From: a virus
Virus record (IMG/VR): IMGVR_UViG_3300032401_000008
Coordinates: 3,858-67,857 of that record
Reading direction: 5' to 3' (one strand)
Length of the DNA: 64,000 nucleotides
Shown: in pieces, positions 28,809 to 38,140 of the stretch
Position numbering within the stretch: position 1 is the first letter of the stretch
Layout: each line of letters opens with the position of its first letter
Translations under genes and position numbers: made by a program
The notes under the pieces: generated by a model
Database searches by the model: none
What the model was told of the DNA's origin: nothing
What the model saw: the letters and a program-made list of their open reading frames with translations, nothing else

Positions 28809-30811
28809 TGGCAGACCCTATTTTTGAAACAATATTTCAAACTCTTTATAGGTACCGTATAGAGTGTGGTCCTAACAAGAGTGCTTATCAATATGTTCCA
28901 AAAGCATATAATATTTCTGTTTTTGATGTCCCATATATAGTCCCAGACCAAACTATTAAACCAAAAACAATAATCACTATAGATTTTAATCATACTTATG
29001 CTATTGGTGGTGAACGGTTAGTCTCAGAAACAACGTTAAGAAATACTACAAAAGAATTACTAAATTTCTTCTATTATTATTTTGAATATGAGCTTTCTTA
29101 TAACAAATCTTGGACTACGGGAAACACTTTATTTAAAGATGCATTATCTAGGTCTAAAAAATTAGAAGACTTAGATTCTATGTCTGAATTTATAAACTAT
29201 ATTATGAATTTTTTTCTAACTAGCATTTCTGTGCAAAGAAAAATATGTGAAGTAGGTACTGCTTCTTTTACGCTAAAAGACAACTGGAATGTCAAAACTA
29301 GTGAAAAAATAAGATTATTTTTTAACAAAACTGTTGGTATTTTAAATCAGCTTCTTGTACCTATGTTACCTGTCATGATTTGGTCACAAGGAAGAATTTA
29401 TAAAGATTGGATATTCCCTCTGTTTGATGGTTTTATAACCTCAGTAACAGACGCAAACAGTGAGGGGTTTATATCAATTACTGTGAATTGTCGAGATGGT
29501 CTAGAGGTTGCCAGATTTAGTCATGAAATGGTAAATCCAGCAATAGTACAATACGGTGAACGCGAAGGAAAAACACAAAACCAACTAAATATGTTTCAAA
29601 TGCCTTTTTATAACATAGATCATTTCAAAATTGTTCAGGCAATGTTTCTGGGCGGGTCTATAGTTTGGGATAGTGAAAAAGGTAAAACCAGAGATGTTAT
29701 TGTTGGTAAGAAAAAATCTGGATTCCAATCATTTGATGGAATAGGCAATTATGAACTAATAGCAGATTTTTATGAAGACGAGTCCTATACAGATAGGGTT
29801 CTAGACAAAACCCCAGTTACCTTAGCAGAAGATAGGGCTATAAAAAAAGATGAATTTTGTATTTATACTGCTTTAGCAAAAACATCGCACAAAAGACCTA
29901 GAAATGTAGTTACTTGGGGAGCACAAATAACCCCTTATAGAGTTTTTAGCTTTACTGGAATAGACGTATTTCAATCAAATTTTGATTCTCGTTTATCTAT
30001 ATTGCAAGATGTAGCAAGGCTTGTTTACTATCAACTCTACGTAGATTCTTGGGGAAACATACAATACCACCCATATAGACTAGCTACTAATTTTATAAAG
30101 TATGATTTACTCTATTTTATTGATGGAGAAAAAATAGAGCATGAAAATATTTTTCCTGGAGCACAAATAATTGGGCCAGAAGAATCCTTTAGCTCAAGCG
30201 CTATGTATAATATAGAAGAGCTTATTACTCATTTACGTTTAGTTGGTGTAGAAAATACTACGCAAATTACTCCTGAATTAGGAAGTCTAATTGGCGGCGC
30301 TACAGCAACTACTTTAGAAAGCAGATTTGGATACAGGCGTGCAGAACTTACTTGTCCCCTAATAAACGATCCTATTTGGGTAGAAGACGATTCAGGGGAA
30401 ATTATGCGTTTTCCGGATTTCGCTGCACGGGAATTACTTATGTTTATGAACGCAGAATTATATAGTAGATCTGACACAATTGTTTTTAGACCTGAATTAG
30501 AATTAGCTATGCCTATTTGTATTATGCCTGGAAGAGAAATATTTTATGTGCAGTCTATAACACATACTATAGAAATAGGTGGTACAGCCAGAACAGAAAT
30601 AAGTAGTAACTTTGGGAGAGACTTTTTATCACAACCTCCAGATGTTCATAATTTGATGATACAGGCAGACCAATATTTCAAAGGAAACAAACCTTTAGAT
30701 CTTTCTTCACCAATAAGGAAGATTGCAGGGACATTTATTAATACAATTACAACAAAATACGAAGCATTTCAAAAAGAGGTAATTAACATATTTGATTTTA
30801 AAAAGGTCTAA
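28808..30811 (+). CDS. baseplate hub protein
   Basis: GTASFTL, FDGFITSV, LYVDSWGNI, RPELELAMP, YVQSITHTI. Confidence 0.7.
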   Translation: MADPIFETIFQTLYRYRIECGPNKSAYQYVPKAYNISVFDVPYIVPDQTIKPKTIITIDFNHTYAIGGERLVSETTLRNTTKELLNFFYYYFEYELSYNKSWTTGNTLFKDALSRSKKLEDLDSMSEFINYIMNFFLTSISVQRKICEVGTASFTLKDNWNVKTSEKIRLFFNKTVGILNQLLVPMLPVMIWSQGRIYKDWIFPLFDGFITSVTDANSEGFISITVNCRDGLEVARFSHEMVNPAIVQYGEREGKTQNQLNMFQMPFYNIDHFKIVQAMFLGGSIVWDSEKGKTRDVIVGKKKSGFQSFDGIGNYELIADFYEDESYTDRVLDKTPVTLAEDRAIKKDEFCIYTALAKTSHKRPRNVVTWGAQITPYRVFSFTGIDVFQSNFDSRLSILQDVARLVYYQLYVDSWGNIQYHPYRLATNFIKYDLLYFIDGEKIEHENIFPGAQIIGPEESFSSSAMYNIEELITHLRLVGVENTTQITPELGSLIGGATATTLESRFGYRRAELTCPLINDPIWVEDDSGEIMRFPDFAARELLMFMNAELYSRSDTIVFRPELELAMPICIMPGREIFYVQSITHTIEIGGTARTEISSNFGRDFLSQPPDVHNLMIQADQYFKGNKPLDLSSPIRKIAGTFINTITTKYEAFQKEVINIFDFKKV

Positions 30812-30874
30812 TTAAAATGTATGATAATACACAAAGTTAAAAAACCACGTATAGCGAAACCCAGTAGGTAATTT

Positions 30875-32011
30875 ATGCCCTATTCTACTCAAAAACTTAC
30901 ATTAGCTCCTGCTAAAGTAACTTCTACAAATATAAATGACAGATTAGTAAACGTAGCTTGGATTGGAAGATCTGCTGGCGTAAATAATGTATTAGTTTTA
31001 GGAAGCCATGGAAATCTATCTTTTCCAAAAGTAGGAGATGTGGGATTAGTAGCTAGATTTGAAAACTGGGCTTACTATTTAGGTAATATAGAATATGGCT
31101 ATGCAAAAAAGGTAGCAGGAGAGATAAAAGACGAAAGAACAGGAGAAACTATTCTTACAAAATTGGTAAAAGATGGAGAAGTTTTTATAACTAATATGCT
31201 AAAACAAACCTTCCTGTCTTTTCCAAATTCTGGAGATATGGGTCTTCTAAATGGCCTAAGCGAAGGAATAAAATATCTAAGTAAATATAGGTTGTTAAAA
31301 ACAGCTGCATTAACTTTACAGTTTGCAGGTAACGGAGTTATGGCAGCCTTGGGTTCTGTAATAAGAGATCTTCCTGGGCAAGGACCAACAGTGAGTCTGG
31401 GAGATAGCCTAACACCTGCGGTAGAAGCCTATATAGAAGTAAAAGAAAACGGTGTTAAATTAGGAAGAGCCCATTTGGGATATGTAAAAGATACTACTCT
31501 TGGAATTGACGAAATAAGTTCTTTTGGTTCTAGGCTACGAGGTATTCTAGAGGTAACTGCTGGTCCTGCTCCTCTAGCTTCACTAAAGATAGATGAAGTA
31601 AGCAATATTGAACTTACCTCTATGACTGGAAAACTAAAGCAATCCGCGCCACTAGGTATAGAACTAACCGCTGCGTCTGGGTCTATAAAACAAACAGCTC
31701 TTTCTAGTATAGAGCACTCTGTACTCGCGGGTAACTTTATGGCAGACGGGGTACAAATTAAACTAGGAGGGGCGTCCGCAAATCAGTCCGTAATAAAAGG
31801 AACCACGTATACTACAGCAGAAAGTGCCTTTATGGACGCCCTAACTGTGTTCTCTTCTGCTCTTCTAACGTTTGTTTCTGGGCTAAATCCAGCTACTTTA
31901 ACAGCACAAGCGGTTCCCATGGTAGCAGCTACCACCACTCTGAAAACAGCAATTAGTAATTTTAAAGTAGCCCTGACATCTGCACTATCTGCAAAAACGT
32001 TCACGGTCTAG
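30875..32011 (+). CDS. baseplate central spike (gpV/gp5-like)
   Basis: N-terminal OB-fold FPKVGDVGLV, beta-repeat shaft, IKLGG..VIKG, ALSAKTFTV end. Confidence 0.7.
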   Translation: MPYSTQKLTLAPAKVTSTNINDRLVNVAWIGRSAGVNNVLVLGSHGNLSFPKVGDVGLVARFENWAYYLGNIEYGYAKKVAGEIKDERTGETILTKLVKDGEVFITNMLKQTFLSFPNSGDMGLLNGLSEGIKYLSKYRLLKTAALTLQFAGNGVMAALGSVIRDLPGQGPTVSLGDSLTPAVEAYIEVKENGVKLGRAHLGYVKDTTLGIDEISSFGSRLRGILEVTAGPAPLASLKIDEVSNIELTSMTGKLKQSAPLGIELTAASGSIKQTALSSIEHSVLAGNFMADGVQIKLGGASANQSVIKGTTYTTAESAFMDALTVFSSALLTFVSGLNPATLTAQAVPMVAATTTLKTAISNFKVALTSALSAKTFTV

Positions 32012-32051
32012 AGTTAAAGCACTTTTAGGTTTTTAGGGTAGACTGTTTTTC

Positions 32052-32558
32052 ATGGCTTATACAGATAACTCTGACGAATCTATTGCTTGTCTTTGTGCTT
32101 TTATCGCAACCTTTGGTGAAAACCAAAAAAAGCAATTAAAAGCACTAGTTGAAAATTTAAATGCTCTTATAGATGTTGCAGAATTGGCAGTTAAGATAAT
32201 TAGTCAACTAGTCGCGGTAGAAGACCAGCTACGTTTGGCTGGGTTAAAAATACTAGAACAGTTGTTATCTACAGCTGTTGACACAGTTAAAAAACCTGTT
32301 GCGTTTCTTTTTGCAGCAACAAAAAACTTTGCGGATTGCCCTCCTGTTGCTAATGTATCGGCAGTAACAAAAACTGTCCAGGATTTTTTATTTTCTGACG
32401 TAGAGGATTTGCAATTTCAAATTAGGCTATATCAAGAAGCACTAAATAAAAAGAACTATGATTTAGCTCTGTTACGGCAGGCAAGAGACATACTAAATGA
32501 CCTGGTAGAAGCAATAGATTCTTGCGACCTAAAAAAAATAAAAAGTAACGTGATATAA
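32052..32558 (+). CDS. hypothetical helical virion-associated protein
   Basis: 168 aa between spike and baseplate J. Confidence 0.5.
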   Translation: MAYTDNSDESIACLCAFIATFGENQKKQLKALVENLNALIDVAELAVKIISQLVAVEDQLRLAGLKILEQLLSTAVDTVKKPVAFLFAATKNFADCPPVANVSAVTKTVQDFLFSDVEDLQFQIRLYQEALNKKNYDLALLRQARDILNDLVEAIDSCDLKKIKSNVI

Positions 32559-32586
32559 AACGTGTGTATAATAGAAGAGAGAGCCT

Positions 32587-34002
32587 ATGGCCGAAATAAA
32601 AACTATACAAACAATTCTGGCTGAACTTAGAACATTTCTAAGATCTTTTAATAGAAGCTTAGACACTGGGGATAACAGCCTATCAAAAGACCTACTGCTT
32701 ACACCCTATTCGTTAGCCGGAAAAGTAATTTTGGATCAAGTAGGTACCTTTAAAGACCTACATATTTTAGACTCGCTTTCCGGAACAGACTTAGATAATG
32801 AAGCATCAAACTATAAATTAGAAAGAAATACAGGTATAACTTCTACAGTTACACTTACATTTTATACAACGACAAGACCTATAGCAAACCTAACAATACC
32901 TGCCGCAACGCAAGTACAAACAGCAGGAACTACCTTATCTACACCAATTTCTTTTTCTACAAACGGTGACACCACTTTTTTGTTATCTGATGTAGACAGT
33001 TATTACTCTTACGATAGATCCAGGTATGAGTTTTCTGCGGCTGCTACATGTATTACAACAGGAACACTTGGAAATGTGGGTATTGGGTATATAGCAAAAC
33101 TAACTTCTTCTGTAACGGAAATTAGTGGTGTTACAAACTTAGTATCAGCTATAGGTGGTGCGGATCAAGAAATAGATGATGACCTTAGAGAACGTATTCG
33201 TCAAATAGCTACGGGAAGAGATCTAAACATAGTTCGCGGGCTAAACGCAGAACTAAAAAGTTTAGGTTTTCTAGACGCCTATGCTGTGCGCTCCGAGGAG
33301 AGCGAAGCAGAAAGGGCTACCGGAGCAGAAGTTTATGTTATAGATAACTCTATAGCAACCTATGTAGAAACGTTTACATATGATCCATCTAAATCTAGAT
33401 ATTACTTTTCTTTTAGGCCAATTTTAGATGTGTCTTATGTAATTACTTCAGGAGGAGTATTATCCATTGCTAATTATTCAGTAAATAAAGATTCAACCTC
33501 CCCACTTCGTAGAAGTGTTCAAGCGTTGGATTATATTGAGATATATGGAACAGCTGGGTTAGTCGCTGGAGAAACTTTTACTGTAACTTATTCATACTCT
33601 AATCAAATATATGCTTCCCAACAAACATTAGATTTGTCTGAAAATAAAATTCTAACTTCTGACTTGCTAATAAAAAAAGCATATCCTATGTATTTATACA
33701 TAAATGCTACCCTAACTCTTTTACAAAACGCAGATGCTCCTACGACAAGAAACAGAGTTAGAAATGCTTTATCTCAATATGTATCTACAGAGTACAGACT
33801 AAATACAGATATTCAGAAAAGCGATTTGGTTAATATTCTACAAGAAGGTTATGGTGATTATCCAGTAACAACTGTTGATGCTGTAATTATTAATAATTAT
33901 TATGTAAAAGATGAAAATGGTGTTGCATCTTTACCGATAAACGAAACTATAAGTATTAGCAAAAAACAACATGTTGTTCTTGCTAGTGCTGTGCTAATTT
34001 AG
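32587..34002 (+). CDS. baseplate J-like wedge protein
   Basis: GTDLDNEASNYKLER, GTLGNVG, VTNLVSAIGGADQEIDDDLRERI. Confidence 0.88.
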   Translation: MAEIKTIQTILAELRTFLRSFNRSLDTGDNSLSKDLLLTPYSLAGKVILDQVGTFKDLHILDSLSGTDLDNEASNYKLERNTGITSTVTLTFYTTTRPIANLTIPAATQVQTAGTTLSTPISFSTNGDTTFLLSDVDSYYSYDRSRYEFSAAATCITTGTLGNVGIGYIAKLTSSVTEISGVTNLVSAIGGADQEIDDDLRERIRQIATGRDLNIVRGLNAELKSLGFLDAYAVRSEESEAERATGAEVYVIDNSIATYVETFTYDPSKSRYYFSFRPILDVSYVITSGGVLSIANYSVNKDSTSPLRRSVQALDYIEIYGTAGLVAGETFTVTYSYSNQIYASQQTLDLSENKILTSDLLIKKAYPMYLYINATLTLLQNADAPTTRNRVRNALSQYVSTEYRLNTDIQKSDLVNILQEGYGDYPVTTVDAVIINNYYVKDENGVASLPINETISISKKQHVVLASAVLI

Positions 34003-34010
34003 GCGAAACA

Positions 34011-36641
34011 ATGGCGACAAGAACAAGCGTACAAAGTGGCCCCTGGTCAGATGCTGCTACATGGGGAGCAGCTGCTCCAGGGGTTGGGGATTTAGCTGTT
34101 ATTACTGGTGGTCACAGCGTATGGATTGACGGAGACATTACTGTCGGAGACGGATCAGCCAGCACTGCAACCCCAGCAATTAAAGTATACGGGGACTTAT
34201 TATGGCGTAACCAAGTTGGGGATGCTGCTGCAAACTGGACATTGACCCTGAATGGTTGGTTATATTTTAGTAGCGATACAACTGATCCACTTCAAAGTTC
34301 AGGTAGGTGGTTTATTGGTTCAAGTGGTGTCCATACTGTAGGTCCTACTACTGTTTCAGTTGGGCCAATCCCAAATACTAGAACAGCTACTGTGTATTTT
34401 AATCTTGCTGCTAACTATCATGATATTTATATTCTTAAAGCAAATGCAACACACGCAGGGCAACCCGCCTTTTATTTCTATGGTACACAAAAAGGTTTTG
34501 ATGTTGCACCAAGTACAAGCGGAACAGTAGATTCTGCCTCTGATAAAATTTCGTTTGTTGATAGTACCCTTACTGGTGCTGACGATTTATGGCGTGGGGC
34601 GTGGTTGGAAATTACCGGAGGCACAAATCTGGGTGAGTGTAGAGAAATTACGGCATACAATTCTGTTACAGACACACTTTCCTGGTCCCAATACGAACCA
34701 ATGCCTGTTGCGTGTGACAATACTACAACATACACATTAGTACATAACTATCAGCGCGCTTATCTGACAAATCATATCTCTGTATCTGGTGCGGGCAAAG
34801 CAATGACCGTTGACAGGCCCGTTAACTGGACAATTGGTCAACGAGTCGCAATTAGTGCAGGTGCTAATCAATCCGCCGCTCAGGTCGGTTACCGTGGTGA
34901 AGTTGCCACGATCGATGGTAAAGTTGACGAAAAAACCTATACTGTCAACTGTTCTTGGTTACATGATGTAGGCAACTTTGTTACCGTTATGGATAGAAAT
35001 ATTGTTTTCAATTCTACTGTTCCTGCTGGTGCGGGCGCGGCAAGAGGATTTAGGTTTAACTTAGCTGCTGGGGTGGCTACAACAATACCAACGTTTGTCT
35101 TTTCCTGGTGTCAATTTAGAAACTGCGGGTATAGTGGTGCGTTAATTTACACACAACAAATACCAAACTTTCCAACTATACAAAATTGTTCTGTAGAAGG
35201 ACAACTTTATAACGGGAATGCCAGCGTTACTGGTCCTGTAGTTTTTCTTGGTGGTATTAGTAGTTGTATGCCTGCAACAGCTTATCAACTGGATAATATT
35301 CATTGTGCTATGGTTCGTGGTATTTTGAATATGCAGAATGACTGGCAATCTGTAGTCAGCGGAGATACGGTTGAAAAACAAAAAGCTGCTTTATTTAGAG
35401 ACCTAACAATTACAAGTACAGATGGCGGTGCAGGGTATCTAGGAGCTTGTTATAATAGTTTTATCTATCCTCCTACATTTAAAAATACATGGTATTCAGG
35501 AATCACTCCTATAGCTACTACTGGTGGTGGTGGGTGTTTTACTGGAAGTATAAATATTGAAACATTACGTGTATTATGTATAACTAGCGGTAGTGGTATT
35601 GTTCTTGTTGGAGATAGTTTTAGTGTATCCCAGCCAAGTGCAGGTAGAGTAATAAAAATAAATAATGTCAATATGGTAGGAATCAATAGTACTTATTTTG
35701 CTATTCAACTGGCGGGAGTTGGTTGCAAAGCAACTAATATTTATATACAAAACTGCCGTATGCGTAACTGGGGAGCAGGCATATATTTATATGTGGCAGG
35801 ATTAGCGGATATATATCTTACCAACAATATGTATGATGAGATAAAAAGTACTACATACGGGGCTTTGTTTTTCGGAAGCGAGGAGATGTGTTGTAATGTA
35901 TATGAGGCAAATAGCAAATATGGTACTGTAGTACCGAATGTTTCAAAGAATGTAGGTATGATTAATACATATAATACTCGAACACAAGGAAGATATGTGT
36001 CTAATAACTGTACGTATGTAAATCCTTCTTCCCTTCTTTTAGGACCGGCACAAACAAATGCTGTGTTCAATATCCTTTCTTACACTCTTGTCAACCCACA
36101 AGGCACTTGGAATTATCTTATAGCTCCTATGGAACATTTTTGTGTAGAAGTAGCTAATGCAACCGTAAATGGTACTCCTAATAAGTTTTTGGCCGTTGGT
36201 CAGGGTGGTATGATTATCACTAAAGAGGCGCACCCGATCGACCCACGAGTAAATACCAATATACAACTTAAAGTAGTTCCAGGTAGTAGTGTTGGTCAAT
36301 GTGCGGTCAATAATCGTGCGCCTATTACTTATTATAAGGCTGCTGGGCAAACAATTACTGCTAGCGTATATGTTTTGAAAACTGTTTCACAGGTAACTGG
36401 TAAACGGCCACAATTGCATATGTTTATTGATGGCGCAGATCACGTATGTGAAATGTCAGATGTTACCGACACATGGGAGCAACTTACCCTAACACGTACT
36501 ATAACGAATAATGATGTTGCCAAAATTTGGTTTACTTGTTGTAATAATCCTCGTTATGTGGATAGTCATGCAAGTAGTTTTGCGGGTGAACCATTAATCA
36601 ATAGTGTAACTGTTTATTTTGATGAGTTAGATATTTCTTAG
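34011..36641 (+). CDS. large fibre/adhesin: G8-like N-terminus, beta-helix and C-terminal CBM-like domain
   Basis: SGPWSDAATW..PGVGD.AVITGGHSV; beta-helix repeats; ends TWEQLTLT..VYFDELDIS. Confidence 0.6.
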   Translation: MATRTSVQSGPWSDAATWGAAAPGVGDLAVITGGHSVWIDGDITVGDGSASTATPAIKVYGDLLWRNQVGDAAANWTLTLNGWLYFSSDTTDPLQSSGRWFIGSSGVHTVGPTTVSVGPIPNTRTATVYFNLAANYHDIYILKANATHAGQPAFYFYGTQKGFDVAPSTSGTVDSASDKISFVDSTLTGADDLWRGAWLEITGGTNLGECREITAYNSVTDTLSWSQYEPMPVACDNTTTYTLVHNYQRAYLTNHISVSGAGKAMTVDRPVNWTIGQRVAISAGANQSAAQVGYRGEVATIDGKVDEKTYTVNCSWLHDVGNFVTVMDRNIVFNSTVPAGAGAARGFRFNLAAGVATTIPTFVFSWCQFRNCGYSGALIYTQQIPNFPTIQNCSVEGQLYNGNASVTGPVVFLGGISSCMPATAYQLDNIHCAMVRGILNMQNDWQSVVSGDTVEKQKAALFRDLTITSTDGGAGYLGACYNSFIYPPTFKNTWYSGITPIATTGGGGCFTGSINIETLRVLCITSGSGIVLVGDSFSVSQPSAGRVIKINNVNMVGINSTYFAIQLAGVGCKATNIYIQNCRMRNWGAGIYLYVAGLADIYLTNNMYDEIKSTTYGALFFGSEEMCCNVYEANSKYGTVVPNVSKNVGMINTYNTRTQGRYVSNNCTYVNPSSLLLGPAQTNAVFNILSYTLVNPQGTWNYLIAPMEHFCVEVANATVNGTPNKFLAVGQGGMIITKEAHPIDPRVNTNIQLKVVPGSSVGQCAVNNRAPITYYKAAGQTITASVYVLKTVSQVTGKRPQLHMFIDGADHVCEMSDVTDTWEQLTLTRTITNNDVAKIWFTCCNNPRYVDSHASSFAGEPLINSVTVYFDELDIS

Positions 36642-36649
36642 GTAAATTC

Positions 36650-36916
36650 ATGGCAACTTTAACCTTTTTGTGGGGAACAGAACCCCAAGTTACCACAGGA
36701 ACCAAAGTTTTCCTATGTGGCACTGAACCGCAATACCGTCTTGGAGATTCTCCTATCCCGCCTGGTCCCACTACCAATTATATTTTTGAAATACTTATAG
36801 ATAATGCTGTTGTTTACTCATGTACTAATAACATGGCACAGGACGATGTTACAATAAACACAGAGGACTATTTAGGACTACATACTCTTACGTTTAGAAT
36901 CAGAGGTATCTCGTGA
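36650..36916 (+). CDS. small adaptor protein carrying middle strands of a jelly-roll (CBM-like) domain
   Basis: FL(W/C)GTEPQ twice, Pro linker, then FEILIDNAVVYS..DVTINTEDYLGLHTLTFRI. Confidence 0.55.
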   Translation: MATLTFLWGTEPQVTTGTKVFLCGTEPQYRLGDSPIPPGPTTNYIFEILIDNAVVYSCTNNMAQDDVTINTEDYLGLHTLTFRIRGIS

Positions 36917-37497
36917 AAATAATTTGGGTGGCAACAACTGGGGATGATACTACGGGAAACGGAGCACGAGAAACTCCTTACAAAACTATAGAAAAGGCAT
37001 TAACTGTCTTTGATAGTGGAGATCAAATACGTTTACTTTCAGGAACTTATATTACAACAGACTCCGTAGTAATTCAAGGAAAAGATGGATCTATTTTTGC
37101 AGAAGACCCGCAGGGTGCATACATACAACCAGAAAAAACAACGTTACATCAGGCAGGAATAGCTATTTTAGAGGCAGACAGATTTACTCTTCAAGGGATA
37201 AACGTAATTCAAGCAGCAGACAGTACAAATAACTTAATAGGTATCTTTGCAAGTAATATTGACAATTTTTTGTGTTATACCTGTTCTGTAAGTAACTTTG
37301 AGTCCCCTTCTGGAGACGGGTATGGTATTTTTGCCACAGGGTCTTTAGGTCGTGTAGAAGATTGTCATGTGTCAAATTTAATTTTTGGTGGAAATGTTTA
37401 CGGAATTAGAGTAATTGGACTAGATGTTATTGACTGTGAAGTAGAAAATTTATCTGGTGGACAAAATTGTTATTCTATATACGCAAGCCATGCTTAA
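36913..37497 (+). CDS. pectin-lyase-like beta-helix, N-terminal half (DUF1565-type start)
   Basis: IWVATTGDDTTGNGARETPYKTIEKAL..GDQIRLLSGTY; ends mid-coil at YSIYASHA. Confidence 0.7.
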   Translation: MKIIWVATTGDDTTGNGARETPYKTIEKALTVFDSGDQIRLLSGTYITTDSVVIQGKDGSIFAEDPQGAYIQPEKTTLHQAGIAILEADRFTLQGINVIQAADSTNNLIGIFASNIDNFLCYTCSVSNFESPSGDGYGIFATGSLGRVEDCHVSNLIFGGNVYGIRVIGLDVIDCEVENLSGGQNCYSIYASHA

Positions 37498-38107
37498 AAT
37501 TTATTCTATAATTTCTGAAGGCTCTGGGACTTCACCAAAAGAAATTTCTTTAAATTCCAATATATTACTGTACACAGATTCTTCTGGGGAAAATTTTGAC
37601 TGGGAAGTTTTATCTCAACCTGAAAACTCAAACGCTGTATTAGTAAACCCAACAAGTTATAAAACCAGGTTTGGCCCTTTAGACACTTATGGAGTATATG
37701 TAATACAATTATGGGTAGATAGAAACTTATCAACACAAAAAATGAATACTATTGCGCTATCTGTTCCAGAAGCGAAGTCTATTGTTACTCCAGCTGAACC
37801 AAAAACAGAGTATCATGGAAAAGTAAAAAATGGTGGTTTTGAAATAGCTGGGGATAGCCTCGGTTTAGCTGCTTTTTGGAACATTGTGGATACCGCAGGG
37901 ATTTTAGTTGTACCTTACGCAGGAACTACAAGAGGAAGAATCAAACCCGTAAATTTTACACCAACAGAAGAATATTCTATGTGTCTTGGTGATGATTTAG
38001 GAAACGTTTCTTCTTTTGTGGCGGGGGATGAATTTTCTATATCACAAGAAATAGATTTTACAAATACAAAACAACTAATTTTGAAATTCAAATATACTAA
38101 AAGTTAA
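37490..38107 (+). CDS. PKD/Ig-like domain plus N-terminal half of a CBM-like jelly roll
   Basis: FDWEVLSQPENS..DTYGVYVIQLWV; VKNGGFE..W..SISQEIDFTNTKQLILKFKY then stop; ATG 37490 coupled to the upstream stop. Confidence 0.65.
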   Translation: MLKIYSIISEGSGTSPKEISLNSNILLYTDSSGENFDWEVLSQPENSNAVLVNPTSYKTRFGPLDTYGVYVIQLWVDRNLSTQKMNTIALSVPEAKSIVTPAEPKTEYHGKVKNGGFEIAGDSLGLAAFWNIVDTAGILVVPYAGTTRGRIKPVNFTPTEEYSMCLGDDLGNVSSFVAGDEFSISQEIDFTNTKQLILKFKYTKS

Positions 38108-38140
38108 CTACAAGTACAACTAAAGCAGTAGAATTAAAAA

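Noticed and set aside
38105-38140. Read-through fusing 37490..38107 to 38141..39802 (same frame)
   Set aside because: There are three in-frame stops (TAA, TAG, TAA) in 36 nt, and the gap is too short to supply the missing jelly-roll strands.
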